This document shows positions 53,045 through 64,000 of a DNA stretch of 64,000 nt, in pieces. The stretch lies in the NCBI RefSeq assembly GCF_963921235.1, contig NC_086097.1, positions 142,106,001 to 142,170,000 on the forward strand, read 5' to 3'. Source of the stretch: Mobula hypostoma (Eukaryota). A program made the translations under genes and the position numbers. The notes beneath the pieces were generated by a model. The model saw nothing but the letters and a program-made list of their open reading frames with translations. It did not search any database and had not been told where the DNA came from. Each line of letters starts with the position of its first letter. Within the stretch, counting starts at the first letter, position 1.

Positions 53045-53914
53045 GAACTGTGTAGAAAATGCTAGCTCAGTCACATCTTAGAAAGTATGAATCAGACTGT
53101 GCTGATCATTTGCACAGAACTGTCAACTTGCCACAACAGCTCATCAGTATAGACCCAACATCTGTATCTATGCATTACAACAGACAAACTAGGACTGTGC
53201 CAGATGTCAGATATAAGACATAAGACAACTGACTTCTTGTTCTGTTGTTGGATTGACTTCCAAGTCCGGGGAGCTCAATTGTGGTGAGCCAAAGAATAAT
53301 AGTCTTTAGACCAGTACAAGGTTAACATATACAGAGTTAACATATACAGAGTGACCTCATTAATTTGAACGGTATCATCACCCTTTTCTGAAGTAGTAAT
53401 TTCAGGTAGTTGTTTCTGAATGCATTTTAAGTAAAATTTTCCAGTTTTTAAATTATGTTTTTAAAATGTTTCACCTATTTTTAAGCACGCACAATTGACA
53501 TACCAGAGCCATTTAAAAATGTTAAAAAAGCCTTTTGCAGCATAATCTATCAAGAGGTCATTAGTATGATCCAGAAATAGAGCAGGATCCACCATGAGAG
53601 GCTTAGGTGCCACTTGGTATATATCATTCTGCTTCATGAGACAATCACAGCACTGAAATCTCAAGCTCAATTTAACTTGCAAGGTCACAAAAGGCTAGTG
53701 TTGCCATGGGAATTATGTGGTAAGGTTAGCAGGAGGGGTTGGATCAAGCAATTCCAACCCAAGATAAAGGTCTTGGAGGGAGTACTGGACAGATTTCCTA
53801 TTAGAAGGCTGGAAAAGCAAAGATAATTTGCCTTAGAATAGAGAAAGTCATGGACAGCTACAATAATGAAACTCCAAATAATATGAGATCTACACCAATC
53901 AGACAGCAGAAAGT

Positions 53915-54650
53915 GTTCAGATTTATTATTACTGACATATAGTATGTCATACATTTTGTTGTTTTGTGGTAGCAGTACATTGCAAAACATAAAAAAATTA
54001 CTGTAAGTTAAAATGAACAAATGAATAGGTAGATAGTGCAGAAGAGGAGTAGGGAGATGGTGTTCATGGACTTTCAGAAATCTGATTGTGAGAGGGGCAT
54101 TCCTGGATAGTGAGGATCCTTAGTGATGGATGCCACCTTCTTTAAGACACCACCCTTTGAAGATGTGCCTATGATGGAGCCGGCTGAGTCTACAACTCTC
54201 TGTAGCCTCTTTCAATCTTCTGCATTAGAGCCACCATACCAGGCAGTGATGCAAAAAGTTGGAATGCTCTCCATCATATATCTGCAGAAATATGCTAGAG
54301 TCTTTAGTGGCATATCAGATCTCCTCAAACTCTTAATGGAATATAACTGTTGGCATGCCTTTTTCATGATTTCATCAGTGTTAGATCAAAAATAGATACA
54401 GCTAGATGTAGATGCCCAGGAACTCGAAGCTGTTCACCATTTTTGTTGCTGACCCTCAATGTAGACTGGTGTGTGTTCTCCTGACTTCCTCTTCCTTGTC
54501 CGCAATCAATTCCTTAGCCTTGCTGAAGTTGAGGAAGAAGCTGCTGTTGTGACACCACTCAACCAGCTGATCTCTCTCCAGAATGCGCCCTTGTCGCCAT
54601 TTGAAATTCTGCCAACAGTAGTGCCATCTGCAAACTTGTAGATGACATTT
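53915..54650 (-). mobile_element. Rex1/Babar-type LINE 3' fragment, degenerate
   Basis: DQLVEWCHNSSFFLNFSKAKELI remnant; reverse complement of a YKFADGTT-like motif at about 54620-54640. Confidence 0.75.
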
Positions 54651-54869
54651 GAGCAATTTGAAAAAAGTACAAGAACGAGTAGCATCTAGGGTAATGAAAC
54701 ATCATTATTGCTGTATTGCTTTTGCGGAGAATCAGGACAAACTCAGAATGGTCAAATTATTCCATTCAGTGCTGTTGCCATTATTATGCATCTATTTGTT
54801 TATCATTAGTGGGAATAGCAGAAGAACATGCAAAGATGTTGCAATGGCTTAGCACTTCTTTCATCACTC

Positions 54870-55330
54870 ATACAGGGATTCTGTGTTCATTGTGAATGGA
54901 CCCAAAGTTCATGATAACATGCTGAATTATGCTCTTGCAATTTAAACGGTTTGAGCCAGAGATCTCAGGTGTTGCTCATCCAGGATGCTATGAACATATC
55001 CCTGATTCTTTTCCTTGATCTGCTTGGTAATCTCCACCATGACAAGGCTTGGAATAGAGTGTCTATTTTGGGAGTCTAGTATCAGGTACATGAATGTAGC
55101 AGTCAACAGAAATGAACCAGCACCTCAATACTGGGGCTGTAGCCTGGGAGAGGCTCTGCATTGATACACCTGTTCAAAGTAAATGGGAAGCAGAGATAAC
55201 TGCTGCCTAGTTGACCATGAGTTTTATGACAGGCCAAAGGTCTTGACCATCAAATATCTGATCCTCAATTGAACAAGGCTGCAATGATACACTGAAAGTG
55301 ATGGGGAATCTCATCATCGATATTTGCCTT
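54870..55330 (-). mobile_element. Possible old RTE-clade LINE fragment
   Basis: Minus-strand remnant resembling the RTE ORF2 C-terminus (..RLPK*TLFQALSW..). Heavily decayed. Confidence 0.35.
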
Positions 55331-55389
55331 TCCCCAAAGTTGGCTCCCAAGACAGAATCATACTCTCATATGGCACAGAAATTTCTCCC

Positions 55390-55640
55390 AAATTCTACCA
55401 CTGCACTTAAATACACACTAGGGGCAATTTATAATATTCAATTAACTCACCAATTCACCATACTTTGGTATGTGTGAAGAACTGGAACACCTAGAAGAAA
55501 CACAGACAGTGACAAGGAAGGTGGTGCAAACTCCATACAGTCAACACTGGGAATGGGATCAAACATGGGCTTGGAGCTGTGAGGTGTCAACTTTTCCAGC
55601 TGCATTACTGTGTCACCAATGCGGGAAATGGTCAATGCTT
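55390..55640 (-). mobile_element. V-SINE-like element, degenerate
   Basis: Minus strand gtatggagtttgcaccaccttccttgtcactgtctgtgtttcttctaggtgttccagttcttcacacataccaaag. Confidence 0.65.
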
Positions 55641-55804
55641 CCTGAGGCCTCACAGCTAGATAAAATAGGTTGATAAAGAACCTATGCCTTACAGACATTG
55701 AATAAAAAACCCATCCTCTTATATTTCAGTAAATGATTTGGCAAAATGTGGGAGCTCAGCTTCAAACAGAAGCACTATTTGCATAGTGCAGGTCAACAAG
55801 ATAC

Positions 55805-56247
55805 AGCTGTGTCGAACATGTCCCTACCTTAGAACGACCTAGGCTTTACCCATAGCCCTCTATTTTTCCAAGCTCCATGTAGCTATCCAGGAGTCTCTTA
55901 AAAGACCCTATCATTTCCGCCTCTGCCGCCGGCAGCCCATTCCACGCACTCACCACTCTCTACGTAAAAAACTCACCCGTAACATCTCCTCTGTACCTAC
56001 TTCCAAGCACCTTAACACTATGCCCTCTCACACTAGCCAATTCAGCCCTGGGGAAAAGCCTCTGACTATCCACACGATCAATGCCTCTCTCATCATCTTG
56101 TACACCTCTATCAGGTCACCTCTCATCCTCTGTCGCTCCAAGGAGAAAAGGCCAAGTTCACTCAACCTATTCTCATAAGGCATGCTCCCCAATCCAGGCA
56201 ACATCCTTTTAAATCTCCTCTGCACCCTTTCTATGGTTTCCATGTCC
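55805..56247 (-). mobile_element. Younger CR1 3' fragment adjoining an older CR1
   Basis: ERVQRRFKRMLPGLGSMPYENRLSELGLFSLERQRMRGDLIEVYKMMR. Confidence 0.9.
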
Positions 56248-57780
56248 GATACATTTTGATACAATGTGTATCCTTGGACATTAAGTGCCCATCTATAATC
56301 TTCTTTCAGCCATGATTCAGTGATGCCTACCTCATCATTATTGCCAATCTGTAATTGTGCTACAAAGTTCATCAACTTTATTCCATATGCTGCGCGCATT
56401 CAAATATAAAACCTTTAGTCCTGTACTCACACTTTTCAACTTTGTCCACCTTTTACACTGGAATTCATCCTACTGATTGCAATTTTGCCCTATCATCAGC
56501 CTCTCCTTGCTAGGACTCTCACCACATTTTGCCCCTGTAAACCAACTACCTCATCTTCAGCACTATTACTCCAGTTCCCATCCCCTTGCCAAATTAATTT
56601 AGATCCATCTGACCAACTCTAGCAAACCCGCCCACAAGGATACTGGTTCCCCCCTCGGGTTCAGCTGTAATTCATCCCTTTTGTACAGGTCATGCCTCCC
56701 CCAGAAGAGATCCTAATGATCCATAAATCTGAACCCCTGCCCCCTGCCCTAGTTCCTCACCCACACATTCCTACTCTTACTCTCAAAGGCACAAGGCACA
56801 GGCCAACAATTTAGAGATTACTACCCTGGAGTTTCTCAGCTTTCTACCTAACTCTCTAAAATCTCTCTTCAGGACCTCCTCACCTTGTCTATCTATGTCA
56901 CTGGTGCCAATCTGTACCAAGACTTCTGGCTGCTCACCCTCACCCTTGAGGATGTCATGGACCAGATCTGAAACATCTTTGATCCTAACACCAGGGAAGT
57001 AGCATACCATCTGGGTGTCTATTGCAGCCAAAGAACTTTGTCTCTGTCCCACTGACTAAATGATTTCCTATCAACACTACAACTCAGTGCCAGAGACCTA
57101 GTCATTGTGGCTCCCCCCGGTAGGTCGTTCCCCTCCATGACACTGAAGTTGTCTACTTATTATTGAGAGGAATGATCACAGGTGTACTCCGCACTGGCTG
57201 TGCATTTTCCCTCCTTCTCCTACCAGTCTCCCAGTTACCTGAATCCTGCAACCTCATGGTAACTACCTCCCTGTAGCTCCTGTCTATCACCTCCATGATC
57301 ATTCTCCCATTCGAGTTGAAGGTCATTTAGCTGCAGTTCCAGCTCTTTAATACAGTACATTCTCTCAGGAGCTGCAACTTGGTGCACTGGTGCAAATGTG
57401 TTTATCTGGGAAACTTCCCACATCTCACACACAGTACAAAACACTGCCCCGGAGCCATTCTCACTAAACGACTGTAACCTCAACAGATAAAGAATAAAGA
57501 AATAAGAACAGAGTGAGAGAGTAATTTACAAGATACTTTACCTCACCCAATCCTGATAAGCCAAAAGACTGGTACTCTCCAAAACAATGGCCACTCCAAG
57601 AATGGCTGCTTCATTTGCATTTGAGTTACTTTTATTGATCCTTTCTAATGAATCGCTCTTGCTGATTGGTCGCTTCTCAACTCAAAGTAACTGCTGTGAA
57701 ACTCTGCCTTTAAAGATCTTGATTGCATTCTTGGTTAAAAAGTAGCCCTTTTTACGCACCCCTGATGTGGACTGTCCAAC
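56248..57780 (-). mobile_element. CR1 5' portion: 5' UTR, ORF1 (zinc finger and esterase-like) and ORF2 N-terminus, degenerate
   Basis: AVFCTVCEMWEV, VCYFPGVRIKDVSD...QPEVLVQIGTSDI, DEVGITESWLKE. Confidence 0.82.
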
Positions 57781-57908
57781 TCAAAAAAATCATGAACATA
57801 CACTCAGTGAATATATATTATTAAAAACTAAGGGATTCAAGGGAAATGTCCATAATGCAGTAAAACGGCACTGAACAAGAAGATCTGGCACAGCCTTGAT
57901 AAACCATA

Positions 57909-58225
57909 GGCAGCATGGTGGCATAGCAGTTAGCACAATTGCTTTACAATGCCACTAATTGATGTTTGATTCCCACTACTGTCCTTATGGAGTTTGCAAG
58001 TTCTCCCATGACCATACACGTTTCCTTTAGGTGCTCCAGTTTCCTCCCACATTCCAAAGACATACTGTTAGGATTAGTAAGTTGTGGACCTGCTATATTG
58101 ACATTGGAAACATGGTGAGACTCATGGGCCGTCCCAACATAATCCTCAGATTGTTTTGGTTGTTGATGCAAAATGACACATTTCACTGTAAGTTTCGATG
58201 TACATGTGACAAATAAAGATAATCT
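57909..58225 (+). mobile_element. tRNA-derived V-SINE with a different 3' tail
   Basis: Head ggcagcatggtggcatagcagttagc...gtttgattccc, V-domain ggtgctccagtttcctcccacattccaaagac, tail gtacatgtgacaaataaagataatct. Confidence 0.75.
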
Positions 58226-58669
58226 CTTGAAAAATCTCTGAATTGCAGAGCAGGTTCATAAGGCCAAATGGGCCTTGCTCCTGTTTCTTCGACTTGCCGT
58301 TAACCAGCTAATCTTCAATCTGCGCTAACATGCAAGTTCCAGCAGTATTGTATTTGGCAATACTGTCTGATGAAGCAACTTATAAATGCGTTCTGGAATT
58401 AGTTGATTTACAAATGCAGTAAAATCAATCAATTCCTCCACATTGATGACATGTCAGTTCAAATTCCAATTAATTTTGTGTGTCAGTCATATCTGACTAA
58501 CGTTCTAAAAGAACTCTATATTTTGTGCTTGGATATAAAGGCAAATATTTGCTTTGCTTTCTGAGCAAAGTTGTTACCACTGCTTCTTTAATGGCCTGTC
58601 CCACTTAAAATATTGTATAGCAAATATTATGTAATTTTCAGAAGTGCAGGTTATCTCTGACTACCCAAT

Positions 58670-59525
58670 TAGTCAAAGTAAATTTATTATCAAGTATGTA
58701 TGCAGTATATTACCGTATACTACTGAGATTCATTTTCTTATGAACATTCACAGTACAAAGAAACAGAACTGTATCAATGAAAAAAAAGAGAAAGAACCAA
58801 CGTGTAAAAGACTGCAAACAGTGCAATATAAATAAATAGTAAACAACATGGAGAACATGAGTTGTAGATTTCTTGAAAGTGGGCCCATTGGTTGTAGGAT
58901 CAGTTCAGTGTTGAGTTAAGTGAAGTTATCTATGCTGGTTCAGAAGTCTGATGGTTAAAGGGTAATGACTGTTCCTGAACCTCGTGGAGCGGCACTTAAG
59001 GCTCCAGCAATTCCTTCCCGATGGCAGCATTGAGTAGAGATCATGGCACGGATATGGGGATCCTGATGATGGATGCTGCTTTCATGTGGTATTGTTTCTA
59101 ATAGTTGTGCTTAATGATGAGGAAGGCTTTTTCTGTGATAGACAAGGCTATATTGCTACTTTTTGTAGGCTCTTCCGTTCTTGGCCATTGGTGGTTCCAT
59201 ACCAGGCCATGATACAACCAGACAGGATACTCTCCACTATGCATCAATAGAAGTTTGTCAAAGTTTTAGATGACATGCCGAATCTGTGCAAACTTCCAAG
59301 AAAGTAGAGGTCCTGTCATGCCTTTTTTGTAATAGCACCTACATACATGCTGGTCCCAGGGCAGATCCTCTGATATGATAATGCTAAGGAATATAAAGCT
59401 ACTGTCCTTGATCAGCGCTGCCTCATGAACCTCCATTTCCTCCTCTTGTAGTCAATATTCTGCTCTTTGGTTTTGCTGACACTGAGTGAGAGTTTCTGTG
59501 GCACCATTCAGTCAGATTTTCAATC
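58670..59525 (-). mobile_element. Rex1/Babar-type LINE 3' fragment, degenerate
   Basis: Minus-strand tail ...tacttgataataaatttactttgac, similar to 25290-25333. ORF-end blocks resemble 30795-31545. Confidence 0.72.
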
Positions 59526-59653
59526 TTCTTCCTATAGATCTATATTAGAATTGACTGAAAACCACTATCGATATTTGAAAATAATCTTCGGCTTTATGCA
59601 GGTAGGAACCAAGGCAATTCAAGATGAATCTACATTCTTGTCACAATACATAC

Positions 59654-59785
59654 CTGTAACCTCAGTCAGAGAGTTTGGAAGTATTAGCTCTGCACAAGAT
59701 GTTGCTGAGCCTTTAATTTCGTGTGCAGGAGACTGCACAGGTTCAAAGTTCAATAACTCCTCTGCACCATGTTCTTCTATAGTAC
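59654..59785 (-). CDS. MAP4: MAP4 exon (132 nt, phase 1-1): (G)TIEEHGAEELLNFEPVQSPAHEIKGSATSCAELILPNSLTEVT
   Basis: Acceptor tttttgctgaattttgcAG|GT, donor ACA G|GTATGT. Open frame. Confidence 0.78.
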
Positions 59786-59943
59786 CTGCAAAATTCAGCA
59801 AAAATTTACTACACACACCAGAAAGACACATTTAGCAACTCTATCTTCTCAGACACAAGTGGTCTTCAAATAATCTCAATTTGAGCTGTGCCTTTGGTTT
59901 CATACTGCATAACAATATAATATCAGGATTTTAAACTGATTGG

Positions 59944-62142
59944 AGTAAAACACATCAAAAATGCTGGCGAACGCAGCAAGCCAGGCAGCATCTATAGGAA
60001 GAGGTACAGTCAACGTTTCGGGCCGAGACCCTTCGTCAGGACTAACTGTAAGAAGAGATAGTAAGAGATTTGAATATGGGAGGGGGAGGGGGAGATCCAA
60101 AATGATAGGAGAAGACAGGAGGGGGAGGGATGGAGCTAAGAGCTGGAAAGTTGATTGGCAAAAGGGATACGAGGCTGGAGAAGGGAGAGGATCATGGGAT
60201 GGGAGGCCTAGCAAGAAAGAAAGGGGGAGGAGGGGGGAAACCCAGAGGATGGCAAAGGGTTATAGTGAGAGGGACAGGGGGAGAAAAGATAGAAAAAAGG
60301 AGAAAAGAAAAAAATATATATTAATAATAAATAAATAAGGGATGGGGTACGAAGGGGAGGTGGGGCATTAACGGAAGTTAGAGAAGTCAATGTTCATGAC
60401 ATCAGGTTGGAGGCTACCCAGACGGAATATAAGGTGTTGTTCCTCCAACCTGAGTGTGGCTTCATCTTGACAGTAGAGGAGGCCATGGATTGACATATCA
60501 GAATGGGAATGGGATGAGGAATTAAAATGTGTGGCCACTGGGAGATCCTGCTTTCTCTGGCGGACAGAGCGTAGGTGTTCAGCGAAATGGTCTCCCAGCC
60601 TGCGTCGGGTCTCACCAATATATAGAAGGCCGCATCGGGAGCACGGACGCAGTATATCACCCCAGCCAACTCGCAGGTAAAGTGTTGCCTCACCTGGAAG
60701 GACTGTCTGGGGCCCTGAATGGTGGTGAGGGAGGAAGTGTAAGGGCATGTGTAGCACTTGTTCTACTTACAAGGATAAGTGCCAGGAAGTAAATCGGTGG
60801 GACGGGATGGCGGGGGACGAATGGATAAGGGAGTCGCGTAGGGAGCAATCCCTGTGGAAAGCAGAGAGAGGGGGGAAGGGAAAGATGTGCTCAGTAGTGG
60901 GATCCCGTTGGAGGTGGTGGAAATGACGGAAAATTACATGTTGGACCCGGAGGCTGGTGGGGTGACAGGCGAGGACAAGGGGAACCCTATTCCCAGTGGG
61001 GTGGCGGGAGGATGGGGTGAGAGCAGATGTGCGTGAAATGAGAGAGATGCATTTGAGAGCAGAGTTCATGGTGGAGGAAGTGTAGCCCCTTTCTTTAAAA
61101 AAGACATCTCCTTCGTCCTGGAATGAAAGACTCATCCTGAGAGCAGATGCAGTGCAGACGAAAGAATTGCGAGAAGGGGATGGCATTTTTGCAAGAGACA
61201 GGGTGGGAAGAGGAATAGTCCAGGTAGCTGTGAGAGTCCGTAGGCTTATAGTAGACATCAGTAGATAAGCTGTCTCCAGAGATAGAGACAGAAAGATCAA
61301 GAAAGGGGAGGGAGGTGTCAGAAATGGACCAGGTAAACTTGAGGGCAGGGTGAAAGTTGGAGGCAAAGTTAATAAAGTCAACGAGTTCTGCATGCGTGCA
61401 GGAAGCAGCGCCAATACAGTCGTCGATGTAGCGAAGGAAAAGTGGGGGACAGATACCAGTATAGGCTTGGAGCATGGATTGTTCCACAAAGCCAACAAAA
61501 AGGCAGGCATAGCTAGGACCCATACGGGTGCCCATGGCTACACCTTTAGTTTGGAGGAAGTGGGAGGAGCCAAAGGAGAAATTATTAAGTGTAAGGACTA
61601 ATTCTGCTAGACGGAGGAGAGTGGTGGTAGAAGGGAACTGGTTAGGCCTGGAATCCAAAAAGAAGCGGAGAGTGGGGAATGGAGGTATATAGGGACTGGA
61701 CATCCATGGTGAAAATAAAGCGGTGGGGGCCAGGGAACTTAAAATCATTGAAATAATTCAGAGTGTGAAAAGTGTCATGGACATAGGTGGGAAGGGATTG
61801 AACAAGGGGGGATAAAACAGTGTCGAGGTTTGCAGAAATGAGTTCAGTGGGGCAGGAGCAAGCTGAGACAATGGGTCTATCTGAACAGGCAGGTTTGTGG
61901 ATCTTGGGTAGGAGGTAGAAACGGGAAGTGCAGAGTGTGGAAACTATAAAGGTTGGTAGCAGTGGATGGGAGATCCCCTAAGCTGATAAAGTTGGTGATG
62001 GTGTTGGAGACAATGGCCTGGTGCTTCTTAGTGGGGTCATGATCAAGGGGTGAATAAGAGGAGGTATCCGCGAGTTGTTGCTGTGCCTCGGCAAGGTAGA
62101 GGGCAGTATGCTGTGCCTCGCCAAGGTAGAGGTCAGTATATC
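59944..62142 (-). mobile_element. Penelope-like element, 5'-truncated, about 2.2 kb (most of RT, GIY-YIG, terminal region)
   Basis: QTKGVAMGTRMGPSYA, FLRYIDDCIG, CSRCGLLYIGETRRRLGDHFAEHL; frameshifted. 14-bp TSD tttaaactgattgg at 59930-43 and 62143-56. Confidence 0.95.
60007..60044 (-). ncRNA. Minimal type-I hammerhead ribozyme motif, sense to MAP4
   Basis: tagtc-CTGACGA-a-gggt-ctcg-gccc-GAAA-cg-TT-gactg. Core and helix II fully intact. Confidence 0.75.
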
Positions 62143-63149
62143 TTTAAACTGATTGGCTTAAGTTTAAATACTAATGAATTTCTGACATTAACATCAAGCA
62201 GAATCACTACATGCTTTACTGATGCTTTTTCAATTTTCCATTAAGATTCTCATTGTTTTCTGTAACTAGCTAATATGCACACAGTTATTGCAAACATTTC
62301 ATTGTTCCCATTCTTCTGCACTTCAAATCAGCCTTAATCACCCATCTCCTCAAAACTTTCACATTTTATCTGTCTGCTCTTGCAGATTATCTTCAATCAC
62401 CAACTTTGCTTTGATCTTAAAATCCATCCCCCTCCCTGTGTGGAGTCTGTATGTTCTTCTGTGACTGCCTCAATTTTCTCCACGTGCTCTGCTTTCTTCC
62501 CATATTCCAATGATATGCAAGTTAATGATAATTGGCCTCTACTGGGCCTTCATAAAAACACACATCATATTCTGCTCTGAAAGAGTCTGAATCCTGCAAA
62601 CTGGACATACCATTTTCACCTTGCTTGGAGTCTGATCTTCTTCAGGAGGATCATTTACTTAATTCCAACTTGAGAGCACTGCCAGCACTAAACCTGCCCC
62701 AGCTAATTTTTACTGAAACGTTCATGCATAATTAACATTTTGTTATTATGTTAATAAGTTAACTCTAATCTTCTGCACCATCACCACTTTCCTATACCAT
62801 TTCCATTTCCTTTCACTCTCATAAGGCCCAAAATATCTCCTCTCTTGAATAAACTCAAACTTTGAGCCTCTAATACCCTCTAGATAGAATGTCTAAAGGT
62901 TCCTTGTCCTCTGGGTGAAGTATTTTTTTTCTCAACTCCTTCCTGAATTGGTTACCCCTTTATTTTAAAATTTTGAGCCTGTTCAGAAAACCCCATCAGG
63001 GAAAATGACATCATTGAGCTTATGCTGTTAGCAAGATCAGCTTTCCTTTAAAAAGAACAAGAGAATATGGGATCAGTTTGCATAATCAAGTCAGCATAGC
63101 TGCTTAATTAGTCATCGTAGCACAATCTACCAAGAATCAATCTGGCAAA

Positions 63150-63560
63150 CCTTCATTTTATACAGTTAATGTATCCTTTATTAGATGGGAAATCATACCT
63201 GTGTATAATGTTTCAAGTGTAGTCTCACCAGGCCCCTCTTTCACTTCAATAAAAAATATTTGCTTCTGCAATCAAATCCACTTCCAATAAAGGACAGCAG
63301 AGACTTACTTTCAGAATAGTTTTTTGCAACTTCAGTTCTGACATCAATTCTCACCATTTAAGCCACAACTCTGCACCTTTATTTATTCTGTTGAAGTGGA
63401 TGACATCATGATTTTCCACATTGTACTCTAAATGCCACATCCTCACCCACTTCTTTATCTTGTTCATATCTCTTTTATGTCTCTCTGCATCCTCCTCACA
63501 ATGCTCACTGTCACCCTGGTTTGTATTATTGGTAAACTTGACTACATTATTCTTGGTTCC
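63150..63560 (-). mobile_element. Old CR1 RT fragment
   Basis: Recognisable blocks gtagtctcaccaggccc, aagtggatgacatcatgattttccacattgtactc and tattggtaaacttg (KFxNNTN, a decayed KFADDT). Confidence 0.55.
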
Positions 63561-64000
63561 CTGGAAGGTGAGAAATCAAGATTTTGAATATTAGTCAAAG
63601 GATTGGGGTGAGTGCAGGAAAGTGGCAGTGATATAGATGAGCATGATCTTAATAAACAATTAGGCAGACATGCTCATCTCCTTACTACATTCATCCAAAT
63701 CCTCAACTCGTGACATTCCCTCCACTGTAATTGCTAAACTCTGTCCCATTCTCACACCTAAAGCATGTATTCGTCTTCCATCTCACTAGACCATACATTA
63801 CACTGAAACTTCCATCACCTTCAAAGAGCGAATGGCACTACAATTTGACATGGTAAATCATATGCAAAGTACTCTGAAGGTTTATCAGAAATGTTATCAG
63901 GCATTTTAAATTAAAGCCTTTTTTTTAAACTGAACATCACCAAGACGCAAATACTGCAATTGAGGGAATAGATTCCCATTGTGTATAGGTCAAACACACC

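Noticed and set aside
56028..56399. ORF fusing an endonuclease N-terminus to an RT C-terminus (also the 45725-45925 CR1/PLE fusion)
   Set aside because: Chance in-frame junctions between adjacent TE fragments, not genes.
59944..62142. RT plus GIY-YIG nuclease plus structured RNA as a novel retron or defence-like system
   Set aside because: This combination is the known architecture of Penelope-like elements. The copies are frameshifted and 5'-truncated.
62611..62700. Possible exon ending at donor ATG|GTATGT
   Set aside because: Stops in all frames shortly upstream and no polypyrimidine acceptor.

Overview
Vertebrate genomic DNA, most likely from a cartilaginous fish; this is inferred from the repeat content (V-SINE/HE1-like SINEs, CR1, Rex1/Babar, Penelope). 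It is not prokaryotic. The window lies inside one minus-strand gene that I recognise as MAP4 (microtubule-associated protein 4). Exons traced by hand, in transcription order: 59785-59654, 52452-52345, 49633-49514, a 2544-nt cassette exon 43296-40753, a candidate 18-nt microexon 40421-40404, an alternative first coding exon 17791-16009 (oMAP4-like), and the shared proline-rich-region exons 3767-3673 and 2543-2343. All splice phases join in frame. The introns are dense with nested transposable elements: a Tc1 IR/DR element carrying an L1 and a Penelope fragment, CR1, Rex1/Babar, Penelope-like elements (PLEs), Tigger-like and Tc1 non-autonomous elements, and SINEs. Main points of interest: (1) minimal type-I hammerhead ribozyme motifs in the PLE ends, two of them intact and sense in the MAP4 pre-mRNA; (2) an inverted PLE pair around three in-frame exons that sum to 360 nt (circRNA candidate); (3) a ~26-aa degenerate repeat array in the giant exon; (4) the microexon; (5) a ~104-bp hairpin in a Tigger-like element; (6) an unexplained ~270-bp diverged inverted repeat. 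Homology calls come from recalled sequences and by-eye alignment, not database searches. TE boundaries without a stated TSD are approximate.
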